NCBI GenBank assembly: GCA_973895155.1
Contig: OZ316892.1
Location: 1,006,917-1,070,916 of the forward strand
DNA length: 64,000 nucleotides
DNA from: Marsupella aquatica
Taxonomy: Eukaryota > Plantae > Marchantiophyta
Direction of reading: 5' to 3'
The translations under genes and the position numbers were made by a program. Positions within the stretch are counted from its first letter, which is position 1; each line of letters opens with the position of its first letter. The notes below the pieces were generated by a model that saw only the letters and a program-made list of their open reading frames with translations, was not told the DNA's origin and did not search any database. Below are positions 1 to 11,610 of this stretch, in pieces.

Positions 1-1056
1 TGATTGTAATCTAGCAAGCTACCTAACATGTATAATAATCTAGCAAGCTACCTAACATAATGCGGTCTCAATTAGATTTTCTGATTAATTGATTAGTTTA
101 ATGATCCTAATAATTTGTGTAACGGTAGTGCAAGAGTAGTTCTTGGTCAGTTGGTCCAGAATTGCACCACCTTATATTCTAGAAAAACGCTCTCCCACGA
201 TAGAGTTTCACATATCACTCCTTGATGAGCGGATTAAAGACTATGTAAATTGACTATGTCACTACGTGATTGATTGTCCAGGAATCATCAAACCTCTCCT
301 TAGCATCCCTTTAGGAGCTCAATCTTGAACCTTAATTAGCGCTCGACAAAAGGCCAGAACACATTGTCCTGAGCTGAGAGCACTCGTTGTCCTTCGATCA
401 AATTGAATCTCTATTGCACTGGATATTGGAGACCTAGCTCACCTAAGTGATATGTGACTTCCTTGTCCATGTTTTCTCTGTTGCTTCCTCGGTCCCGTCA
501 TTTAATTCTAGACAATCGATACGGAAGTCTCAAATGTGCTCTGCTCGAACACAATGTTAACCTCACGAATCGCCAAGAATGTAGGCAACATGTTCAGCAG
601 TCACTTTACAGTTCCACAATCGATCACTTCAAGGCCTAGCCTCTCTCCGGCCAATCAATTTGACATGGATTAATACTTAACTTCTGTGGACCTCAATCGT
701 TTCACGTCCATATTCATTGAGGGTAGGTGCGTACTCAATGGAAACTGACACGGAGTTTGCCAACGGAATTTCCTTACAAGCGGTACGGCCCTGCCAGATA
801 GACTTTCCCAATAACACAGTTGTGACCTCTTACGAAAGTTGTTCCACGGAAGACATTGCCGGATTTGAGAGCTCTTCAGGTTAGGGTTTACTGAAACGCG
901 TGTACTCGATAAAAAATGCCACGGGTTCCTAAGTTAATCCTTAAATACTGTCGAGCTCCTCAAAATGGAGTAACTTCAAAATGGAGTAAATGGAGTTCGC
1001 ATGTGAATTTCACAAAATAAAACCTAGGTAAAATCAAGAAAATCCAGGCCCTGACA
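1..1056. mobile_element. Possible terminal part of an LTR, truncated by the window edge
   Basis: Non-coding segment with short tandem duplications (TAATCTAGCAAGCTACCTAACAT x2 at 7-58; TCAAAATGGAGTAA x2 near 960-990). It ends in ...CCAGGCCCTGACA at 1056, a CA end typical of LTRs. No partner LTR, PBS or PPT is visible. Confidence 0.25.
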
Positions 1057-1950
1057 TTTTAGGGTTAAGGGTTTAATTTGAATGAGAGGGATGGATCAGT
1101 GTGAGATCACCATTCAGTAGAATTACAATTATATATGTGAGCTGCCGAAGCTAGCTAGGAAGAGATGCTTTGTGAAGCTAGTCCTAAACTAGCTCTGCAC
1201 CAATGAGGACCTGTTCGTAGAGCTGTTTAAGTAAAATTGAAATAGGTCCACCATAATGTAACTGGACGGAGAAAGATGACAGGAAATATATCACAGGTAG
1301 TCCGACAACGTCAATTGTACGCGGTGTTCTTGTTCTACCAAATTAAGAGGAATTGGATTGAAGCCTTCGCTGGTCAGTAACACTTCAGTCACATGCATGC
1401 CAGGCAGCTATTAGTCAGTTACTCCACTGTCAGTGATTAGCGCGCTTGCCTGACTATTGAAGTACATACGTTACTTGTCTGAGAAGCCATGGCAATCCAA
1501 CTAGCCAACCCATCCTTTCGCCAGTCCAAAACTCAGTACATAAGAATCTGGTGGTAGATTATCGCCCTAAAGCTGAAGGTGTTGGTGACTGAATGAGTAA
1601 CGATCGATGAGCAACACACAGCCCCGCCGGCGCCTACAAATGTTGCATTGCTAGCTGTCTCGTTCATACTGGAGTCAATCGCCTCGTTTCCCCGTTCGTT
1701 TCTTGATCCGACTGGAGGTAGCTCGGATCAGAGTAGTGGTCCATCGTCTCACAAAGTGTGCTGGATCGATTTGTGTGAATTGCTTGTCGCAGATAGGGTT
1801 TAGGATGCATGCCTGACGCACCTGTAGTTTGGGTATATCTACGAAAACTGACTGAATGTTAAGACTGTTTCTTGATAAGAACCGCAGGGAATTCAGTACT
1901 TGACTCTACCGGATTACTTCGAAGGCTGCATTACTTTATAGCTAGACAAC

Positions 1951-2520
1951 ATGTTTTCCTTTCTGCGGACGGCCTTGGTGTGCTGCAAATCTCCAAGTCC
2001 AGCCGTTCCGAAAAGCTCAGAATACAACATAACTGATCAAACTCAGCTTGAGGACGAGTTGAGGCCGATTTTGCGAAAGGACTCAAAACCTCACAAAATG
2101 AAACAGAAGCTGAAGATGGTGAGATTTGCTTTACAGGACAGCGCCCAAGATGACGATGTGATTACAGAAGGAAGAATTGAGCAAGACAATCATTTGGTGA
2201 GAATGGATACGGGAATGACGTTGGATCCATCCATGAACCCCGCCAAGTACAAAGCTCTGGACCGATCCAATTCATGGCTGAAACTGCCAAAACTAGGCAC
2301 TCACTGGAGTTTCTCGAGGCCCCGAGTTCATCTCTATGTGAGAGACTTTTCTTACACAGAATTGACTCTTCGAAGGAGATCTTCTGCGCGGGTTTCTACA
2401 TGGCGAAAATATTTACTCAGAGCTGAGTGCAGTTGTCAGACAACTCCCGAGAAGTTCCTCACCAGGGACAATCCACTCTTTGTGCCTGTGCAAAATCCAG
2501 GATCTATCTACCGACGGTGA
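1951..2520 (+). CDS. Hypothetical lineage-specific 189-aa protein with N-terminal CC and an RVxF-like motif
   Basis: Open ORF with good ATG context (ACAACATG). Plausible 5'UTR intron at 1718-1887 (GAG|GTAGCT...CCGCAG|). No recognisable domain. Confidence 0.5.
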   Translation: MFSFLRTALVCCKSPSPAVPKSSEYNITDQTQLEDELRPILRKDSKPHKMKQKLKMVRFALQDSAQDDDVITEGRIEQDNHLVRMDTGMTLDPSMNPAKYKALDRSNSWLKLPKLGTHWSFSRPRVHLYVRDFSYTELTLRRRSSARVSTWRKYLLRAECSCQTTPEKFLTRDNPLFVPVQNPGSIYRR

Positions 2521-5500
2521 GCAGTGGACAAATTCACTCAAGGCCGGAAGGAGATGCCACCTCTCCCTAAGTGATTGCCTGCAAATATCACCCATCAAGA
2601 TGTGGTGGCTATTCGCCAAATTCCACATATCGATGTGATGTATATATAGAGACTGTCGATCCCTTCCGCCATTGCAGCCAGCCAAAGCCCATGGCTGCTC
2701 CTAACGTGACGGACTCGTCTCTGGACTCGAAGACAGTAACGGATTCACAAAATCTTGGTAACCTTGGCGTCAAACGTGAGCTGACGAGTGGAAGGTCTTT
2801 GATATGTGTGCCCGGGTATGTGTGGCGGTGAGGGTTTTTTGTGAGGAGAGTATTCTGAGTTGGAGCGGAGTAAGACTAATTATGGAGCTTGACTGACCTT
2901 GAGTTGGCTCATGAAAACAATTTCCCTTTTCAGAAGTTTTGGACTCGTATATAAAGTTGTGTTGTCTACTTTTCCCGTAAGATATTGTAACAAGAATTTC
3001 TCAAGAGTAGAGTTTCGACAATGCATGAAAGGTTTGCAATATGCTTCTTTAGCTTTAGATCCTGTGTTGTTTACAGAAAGGGACATTGGTCGATCGTATT
3101 AATTCATAGACTACCAAGGGCGAGGAGCTGTATAGAGTAGTCTTTATTAGTGGTCACATACCTTGTGACTTTCACCATTGATTGTTCAATACATTCCCAC
3201 TAGTTTTGTTTAGAACACCCGCCGAACACCCGCGCCGGAAAACTCTTCGAAGGCAAAAACATAATTATTGGATTTGCATTCAAGAAAACGAAAGAAAAAA
3301 AAACCCATCAAAGTCTGGGTCAGTTTCAAGATTCAAAACAACTGTCAACAAGTTTTACGGTAAACTAACCATCATGTTACTACTGGACAAATTAAAACCT
3401 TTATGTTTATACTTTACCATGGTTAAGTTTAACACAGTACAATGATTACAAACTAACCATCGTTAACCTCAGAACATATTAAAGATCGTGCCGTGCCCAA
3501 ATCATTCTTGGGAATTCCAATTGGTATTATTCTCTTGCACTAACCTGGCTTTGGAAATAAAATTACCCGCCACAGCCATTTTCTTGGGGGTTGCACTACA
3601 TGGCCTGCAATGTTTTGAGGTCTTGTATACTCTAAAATTTAAGGAAAAAAGTATTTAAAAAAAATTCTATATTAGTTTGAAATATATTTGGAATATTCCA
3701 AAATTGGTCCTAAATTGGTTAAAATATTGATCTGTACTAGAGGAGTTGGCCTTGTGTTACCATTAGTAGTAATTATAGCTTCAAGGCCAAGCCCTCTATC
3801 CAACTACCTTCGTCAGCCCATACCGTTCAAGCTCTGTTCATTTATGGTTGATCTTTAATTTGATGCTAGCTTGAATGTGTGCTGATGAATATACTCAGAT
3901 AGGGAGAACTCTGACTTCGTTTCTTTAGGAGAGTCTACACCTATGTTGAGAACAGTCATATATAAAAGTTCCCTTAAATCAACAGTTGTAAGTTTCTATC
4001 ACTCTTTCCATATCAAGAGTTGGTGACATCAAGAGTTCTCTCTAAACATCATCAGTGTGTGTATAATTATCAAGAGTTGCTGATATCGCTCCCCAGCCTT
4101 CCTTTGACATCATTGATGGGAGCCGTCCTTTAAAAGACACAGGGAATTGTTTTAGCTGACTCTGTCCCATTTGCCAACCTGTAGCCTCTTGAGTCCCAGT
4201 GTACTTGGATCTTCTAAGTAGAGTATTCTCTGGCCGGGAAGAAGCGTGATGCAAATTCCGTAAAGCTTTACAGAGTAAGGATTTACAGTTTTCTCGTACG
4301 TACCTTCCCACACAAACAAGTAAACTAGTGCCGAGCTCGGTTTGCAGGGAAATATCATAAAGAGTACTAGTTGCGATCTGCCCTGATAGAACTTCGTGCG
4401 CCATCATCTGGCTCATCTTCTGTGTCCGGGTCTCGATAGACAGACCCTCGGCGTTATTAGTATTTCCTGTACTACGTACTTTTATGCATGATCGTACGAG
4501 AATTCTCTTGCACCGTCGAGACAGTGTGGTCCCCAGCTTCGATTCCCCGTCGTCACCTAATTAAGCCATCTGAGTTGAGCAGGCCACCGCAGTGGACAAA
4601 AGCAGGTACCAATGTGAAGTGCGGGGTGAAGTGCACTCCTGTTTAGTGGGTTGAAGACATTATCGTCAAGATACTTGAATTGTCATAAACTAGTTTCCCC
4701 TAGCTGATTGAGCATTCCGTCAGCTATTTAGAATTTTAGAAAGCTTTGTAAGTCCTCTGATTGTACTCCTCGCGGCTGCCCATGAACTCCGAAAAACATG
4801 AATGTCTCAGTCTCCCCTTTGTCTATCTGCATCCTCCATTCAGGGAGGTGTCATATCTGTGTTGATTCTTCTGAATTGATTCCCGGCCCCGTACGTTACA
4901 CACGGGGTTTCGCTCGGCAATTGAAGCTGGATGACAACTCTAAAGACGTTGTTCGGGTGATCAATAATCTATAAGGAGTTTCTTTCAAAATTTCTCGGTG
5001 CCATCGGACGCTTGCCAGCTCTGGTCGGTCGTCGTGTCCAGATCAGATCTATCAAGGCCGGCAAAGCAGCGTTAGCGCGTGAGTCATCTTCATTATTGGC
5101 ACTTCCTCACGCTGGGGTTCATGCATCACGCGGCCGGACATTGCGGGATGTGGCCTTGTAAATTTTGGATCCTCGATACTGTACAATTAATAAGTTGTCC
5201 GCTTTTTCTCTGCTGTTGATTGCACACGCAGAAATTCGGCAGCAACTACATCTACGGTAGACTCATCCTCCCTCTTTGAGATATCAAACTGTTAGACAGA
5301 TGGTAAGGAAGCTTCTTAGAGAGAAGTACCACATGCACCCACGCATGTTGTCAAACTGATGAAGACAGTGCCAAACTCATCACAAGAACACAGTACCGTA
5401 CATATAAGAAAAAGACCAGGGGTGGGAAAAACGAGAGCGGACCACCAATATGGTCCCACCATATGTGGAGCGCTTCTTCTTCTTATATGCTCGAGCCATT

Positions 5501-6821
5501 TGACTGGGTCCTCCCGGCCCATTATCCATGTTGCACATTCGGTCAAGCTCCTGTATTATTGAATCGTTGAATGCAAGGGACAGATTCGCCACGCTGGGAG
5601 GTCAAGTGGCCCTCTGCCCCCTTCGACCGGTGGTTTTACGATTGTGACATTAATTACCATGTCAAAGCACACACAGTACTCCAAGCCGCACAAACCCTTC
5701 AGAAACAACGAATTTTGGAGGATAGTCTCGGGGATACTACTGTAGAGGAGGTCTCAGTAACTTAGGCCCGTCGTAAGCTTCAAATGGCCAATATTGAATT
5801 AAGAGAAAAAAGTCGGGAGATTACTAAAAATTAATTATATCAAAGAACAGAAAGGGACATCCTTCTAGTGTAGTTAGATCTGTGGACTGTGCTAACTCAA
5901 ATTGGAGCTTTTGCCTTGCAAATGATTTGACTCCGGAATTATTTTTTTCATCTTGTCGAAAAGGCAAATGAGCTAGGATGAAGAAAACCTGGAATTTCCT
6001 GAGCTTGAAGCTCCCCAAGAATATCTAGGCTGAGATGCGACGAACTCTGTACGCCACATTGTAGTTACCAACAAATAACTGAGTGACGTTCGATGATCGA
6101 AAACTTAGGGCGTAATGTAAGTTGACCAGTACTTTAAACTTAGCTTTGTAATTTTAGCTCAATACACTCCCTCAACTCGATGGAATATCCACATTTGTGT
6201 GTGAATGAAAATCTTCAAAGTTGTCCAACCTCATTAGACTTCTGACTCCTTGTCATGTATTGAGGTGAATTATATTTCAAGAACGACTTGTTCTTAGGTG
6301 CACTCTAGTCGATCCCTGCCTTAACTACAAAGTTCTTGTACGCACTTACTAAAATTCGCACTTCAGTAAAAGCTACGGTTGCATGAACCCAGATTGCAGC
6401 TGAAACAAATGACGCACACAGGAATAAGACTCCGAAAGCTGGAAGACTCCCGACTTGAACTTGTATTTCCTTTTTAATATATCAATGGAAATCAGGAGGT
6501 CGGGATACAGAGATCAAGTAATATGAATCATTTGGAAAATTTGATCATACGTCGATCAATCCTTTCAATATATCTCACGTGAAGTGAGAGGTGAAGAGTC
6601 AGCATTTGCCAGTCAATACCAACTAACGTGGAAGGGAAGCCTGAGACTTTGAAGTGTCCGCATTGGAATAAGGGCAGCCAAGAGGAATTGTTTCATTGTC
6701 ACTTGGCAGTCCTAGGTGTCCATTAAGTCGTAGATTACCGCTGCTATATACGATGTCCCGACAACTTTAACCAAGGAGCTGGGATGAAACATAAGTGAAC
6801 TTGAAACTCGGAATTTGTCAT

Positions 6822-7071
6822 TCAAATTCTATTCACTTTCAATTCCAGAGTGACAAATTTGCGTTTCAACTTGTGATCAGGTAAATTATCACAAATTGAA
6901 ACTCAAATTCTATTCACTTCAAATTCCAGAGTGACAAATTTGCATTTCAACTTGTGATCAGGTAAATTATCACAAACTGAAACTCAAATTCTATTCACTT
7001 TAAATTCCAGAGTGACAAATTTGCGTTTGAACTTGTGATTAGGTACATTATCACAAATTGAAACTCAAATT
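6822..7071. repeat. 81-bp tandem repeat, 3 copies
   Basis: Unit TCAAATTCTATTCACTT..AATTCCAGAGTGACAAATTTGC..ACTTGTGATCAGGTAAATTATCACAAATTGAAAC starts at 6822, 6903 and 6984. Confidence 0.95.
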
Positions 7072-7596
7072 TGTCAAGTGTCTGCCAATTTTTCCGGGTG
7101 AAAGACGAGACGAGTCCCAGGCACTGTTTGTGGTTTTGTAAATTGGCTGGAACATAACATCTACACCGTGCACTGTTCCTATATTGCAGAAGCAGACAAA
7201 TGCAATACTTAAACAAAGTCTCGCAAAAATGGGGTATTAAGGAAATGCAAAATGCGCCCCCGGAATTTCAAGTAGAGCAGAAAGGAAACTTTATTGCGAC
7301 TCGCAACGCATTGAAAACGGTTCCGAAAGAAAATCAAACATTTTTACAAGTATTCCATCTGAGGGTGTCTTTCATCGATTCATTCTGGATTTTTCATCCC
7401 TCAACGCAAGTTCTCAGCTAACAGTGAGCCCTCTAAACGGACTTTCGACGACGTTCGGGCTAGAAGACTTTGCTTAGCTATTTATCTACCTCTTCCAGTA
7501 GTAATTGAGGTCAATTTAACAAGCTTTCAAGCATACTTCCCGCTATCCGGGACCATCAGTTCGTGACCCCGGCTGTACAGAATCTCGTCCGGTTAT

Positions 7597-8621
7597 TCAC
7601 AATTCGCTACCGGTATGTCTAGTCTCTTTTGCATAGCCACTCTTCTTCTTCTCCTTACGTTCCTTGCGTCTCATCTGCTTCTCCTCCGTGTCCTCGCCTT
7701 CAGATTCGCTGGAGCTGGATGAATGGCCATCCTGCTAATACCCAACAGGCTATAAGACTTTAGCTATTTATCTCCTTCGTACAGCAGTAACTGAGTTCGA
7801 TACTCAGAGATTATCTCCAAAATCTGATCTAACAGGAGCACATGAAGCCTGAAAGGTTTCCAGTTGTGGACAATGACACTCGACCTTATGAACGTCAACC
7901 GTAGCTGAGAAAGGAAGATATCCTTGGAATGAGTACAGATTAAAACAGTCAAGAAGAGTATCTTGACTATCGCTTCAAATCTACATAGGTAGGATTGTCT
8001 CTCTCTTCGATCACGACTTAGCAAAATTGTAGGCATTGTACAAACCTCTCTTCCTAGAAAGTAAAGTACGTTCGTGAGAATAAATGGCAACCAACCTTAT
8101 TTTTCTTCTTGTGACCGAACAGACCGGTCTTTCCTTCCTCTCCTTCGTGTACCCCTTGCTTCTCTCCGTCCTGGAAAAATTCAGCACTCAAACGTAAGTT
8201 CCCGATCTCGTTCCTGGTCAGACACTCAAGATACAGAAGTACATTCATGTTGCGTATCGGAAATAGGACAGCATTGTAAGTTTTGTCGAGACTTATGTCC
8301 ACCCGAACTATCTCAGCACAGACACCAAGCAAGCTCTCGACATTCATTCCTCCTCGCTATAGAATCATTTCAAAAGCTCCTCAGACATTGTACGTCAACC
8401 TGGAACCAAAAATAACACCGAGTAATACCAGCAATCATCAGAGTGAGGCTACTAACCTTGTGTCCACCCAGGCCGAAGAATCCTCCATGCTTCTCCCCGC
8501 CCTCATGATCATGCCTTACTGCTTGAACTTGACCTTGCTCCACACTGCTATGGGGCCGCGCCTCTCCATGTGTCTCCTCTCCTTCCTTCTTGTGTCCAAA
8601 CATAGAGGTAATCTTCTCCAT
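7597..8621 (-). CDS. KS/HIRD11-like dehydrin or LEA-type hydrophilic protein, 124 aa, 3 exons (8621-8457, 8170-8096, 7731-7597)
   Basis: Phase-0 GT-AG introns join MEKITSMFGHKK...GGFFGLGGHK | DGEKQGVHEGEEGKTGLFGHKKKNK | DGHSSSSSESEGEDTEEKQMRRKERKEKKKSGYAKETRHTGSEL*. G/H/K/E-rich with no W or C. It has an S-segment (DGHSSSSSESE) and a poly-K tract. Probable 5'UTR intron at 8627-8797. Confidence 0.8.
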
Positions 8622-8863
8622 ATTAACTGCAGGATATCAAATCAGAGAGCTATACAAATGCCTGAATCTCTTGTGACAGGATTACTGAGCTGAATCTCGA
8701 TTGTGGGCAGTCTGAATCTTGCGAGTAACAGTTGTAGTGATCGAAGTCTCAAAGAAATGGACACGACTTTATAGCTAGCACTTCCAAGTGTACGCACCTG
8801 CCGAGTCTGTGAGACGCAGAAGGACGGCAATTCTTTGCCAAGTAGACATGGGTGATTTGCTCT

Positions 8864-8871
8864 GCCACGTA
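8864..8871 (-). promoter_or_regulatory. Canonical ABRE (TACGTGGC) upstream of the dehydrin-like gene
   Basis: GCCACGTA on + reads PyACGTGGC on -, about 70 bp upstream of the inferred 5'UTR intron donor. Confidence 0.55.
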
Positions 8872-10049
8872 CCTTTTCTTAGAAACTAGCAGCCTGGCGA
8901 ACAGATCGAGTGTGACCAGCTGAGCCTGCATGGGAAGCTTATCCATAGGCGAAGGTATATTTTTCGTTGCCAATCTTTGCCAAAATCTCACCTACTCTGG
9001 CGAATGATACACTATTAAAGTCGGGGGGAAAATGATGCAAATTTGGCTAAAATCTGCCATTAGCTTGCAGTTGATTAGCCAGCTCTTCGAAGAGGTGACT
9101 GGTAATGATCCCAAAGATCAAGCATAATCCACTGGCTTCCACAATTTTAATAATACTTTTTCAGCGATATAAGGCGGGTCCCATCTATTTTCCCTCCTAG
9201 ACTCTTGAGGCATCCTCAGTTCTCCCTCACAAAATCACTGTTGGCCGTGTGACATCAAACGATGATTGTGGGTACACCCACCCACCTTCCCAGGTTGGGG
9301 AAATCTGACTTAATTTTGATCGTCCTTCTGTATAGAGTGCTGAGAGGCCTTACCGATACCATCAAGGAATTTCATGGAACACACAGATTCTATATTGTGT
9401 GCTTACTTTTGCTATGACCAAAGAGAGGGGAGCCCGAGTTTATTGCTCTTGTTCAGTACCTTTGTAACATAAACTTTGTAACAACTTGTACTTTACTCTG
9501 CATGTGCTGTACTTCTACTTTCTTATTTTATTCCACCCATTCAATCTTAACAAATACTGTGCTTTGCATGATTGTGGTACTTGTACTCTTGTATTTTGTC
9601 CCACTCAGTCTGAACAAAGCAAATACTATTGATTTCACCAGCCACAAAGAAATTAGATTGCCTACTCATCACTCCAAGACGAAATTGAAACACGGTCTTA
9701 GATGAACATACTACATATGGAGTATGTACATTAATTTGAGAAGATTTTGCCTTACATTAGATGAGATTTTTATTTTGGGTCCGCTGGCCCCCTCTTCACT
9801 GACGGAGTTTATATTAGGGCGTCTCAAACTAGGTGTCCCGCGGAACTTTTCAGCTGCCGGGAATCCGCAGGGAGGACTCTGACCGCAAAATAGTCGGTGC
9901 CCGAAATTGGTGACCGTCAATAACCCGGCCGGTCATCTTACCGTTACCGCAACCGGAAGTTGACTACAGCCGGGTTACGTGAGGCGTTTAGGATACGTTT
10001 TGACGGGTTTAGGTTACACTTTGTTCGGCCTCGTAGTTCAACGCTGCTT

Positions 10050-10215
10050 GTGACGCTGCGGCTTTGCGTGTGCGAAATTCCTTCGACATTGTGAATGTGA
10101 TTGTGCAGCTTGCAGGGCGTCCATCAAGGAATGTGAATGACGCTGTGGCTTTGCGTGTGCGAAATTCCTTTGACATTGTGAATGTGATTGTGCAGCTTGC
10201 GAGTGTCCATCGACG
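10050..10215. repeat. 87-bp tandem duplication inside the PHIS element
   Basis: TGACGCTG(C/T)GGCTTTGCGTGTGCGAAATTCCTT(C/T)GACATTGTGAATGTGATTGTGCAGCTTGC occurs twice, 87 bp apart. Confidence 0.9.
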
Positions 10216-10291
10216 TTCAACATTCTTGCTTTTCCTGTAAGTCCTTATCCTTTTAAGTCGCCTCAGTCATTACTACTCGCTCTCTTCGCCA

Positions 10292-10951
10292 ATGTTCAAT
10301 CGCAATCAGGATATGAAAATGCCTGAATGCTTGCTTGTCTGCCAGGAGGCCATGGCTCAGTGGATGTCTCTATCAGACGTGGAGGAGAAGAGGGCTGAAG
10401 GGATCAGTATGCATTTCCCACCGTCTTTAGTCTGGGCAGCGAACTACACAGCCCAAAATCCCTACCCGAGGAAATTTATTTACTCTTCTTGCCCCCACAG
10501 AGACGATGATGGTGAGTGATGTAACAAGTCCCTGGAATTTGGCTCAAAATGTGGGCATCACCTACCTGGAGAGCCTGCCTTCCGATTCCAATTGGTTCTG
10601 TTTGATGCCATTCATGGTGGTGTGCAGCCTGTGAAGGTTCTCCTTTGGAATTGTGCTAGCATTCTTCTAAAACATACTCCACTTGAATTCAGCGTTCTGC
10701 CTGAATATGAGCAATGTACAGTAGTCCATGACATTCTCAAGCAATCGCCCAAACTCCAAGTCTCACTTGAAGTGAAAGGTCTTGAGATGCACATTAAAAG
10801 ATTGACTTTTGTGGATGCTGGAATTCCAAGGACACCTACTCAAAGCTCTATCAAACCAAAGTCCTCTCCCGGGAAACAACAGAGTGCAAAGAAAATTCTT
10901 GCAGACCTTGTGCTGCAATTGAGGAATGCAGATTTAGAGGACTTCGAATAG
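10292..10951 (+). pseudogene. RPA70 C-terminal-like (Zn-ribbon OB-fold) ORF, ~219 codons with one in-frame TGA at 10517-10519
   Basis: Track ORFs 10292-10519 and 10592-10951 share a frame. Reading through gives FIYSSCPHRDDDGE*CNKSLEFGSKCGHH...FRFQLVLFD...VKVLLWNCASILLKHTPLEF, matching the RPA1 DBD-C pattern YxACP..CNKK..C..C..RY.L.+.+.D...+.+F..A..+LG.+..E. Confidence 0.6.
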
Positions 10952-11134
10952 GGATAGAATAGTCTACTTGCTTTGGACAACAATAATGTACTTGGTTATT
11001 ACATGAGAAATACATTTGTTTTGCACTTATTCTTGTGAAGGACTATGCATGACGATTGTTGCATTGTGTTCATAGCTTCATCTGTATATGCACTGACTTT
11101 CTTCATCTCTGGATGACAGCTCTTGCGCTCGAAA

Positions 11135-11533
11135 ATGCCTCGATTTTCTGAAAGGCAGAGAGGCTTGAGACAAGTAAGGCAACACCTCGAATTGGCCATT
11201 GTTGTACAGAGTTCTGAGAGTTCTGAAGATATTGGATGTGTGGACCTTGACCTAGAACAATTCTCAGACTTTGACAAAGACAACTTTAGTACTGACATTG
11301 AGTCCGACTTGGCTCTGGATAGCTCATCTGATGATGAGAAAGGAGAAGAGTGGTCCGACTCTGATGAGAATCCAACCGACCTGTTAGAGCTGTACTTTGT
11401 GATGTACAATACTCGTTATTTTGTTGATTGTCATGTCAGCCTTAAATCTAAAGAATTTGCACAACAATTCTTCCATTGCTTGGCCGATCCTTTGTTTAGG
11501 CAGCTCACTAGGATGGACAAGTCTTCGCACTAG
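11135..11533 (+). pseudogene. Harbinger transposase N-terminal remnant (DDE domain deleted)
   Basis: MPRFSER..., an acidic tract, then ...TRYF...LADPLFRQLTRMDKSS, the conserved FR..RM.+.+F motif that precedes the HTH of HARBI-type transposases. The ORF stops immediately after it and no DDE residues follow. Confidence 0.7.
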
Positions 11534-11610
11534 AACCAGCCTGACATTCCATAGTCTGCGAGGCTGAAATTTACATTGTAAACACATAGATCATTCAAAG
11601 AACCTAATAG

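Noticed and set aside
1057-1074. TTTTAGGGTTAAGGGTTT telomere-like motif
   Set aside because: Only two degenerate units.
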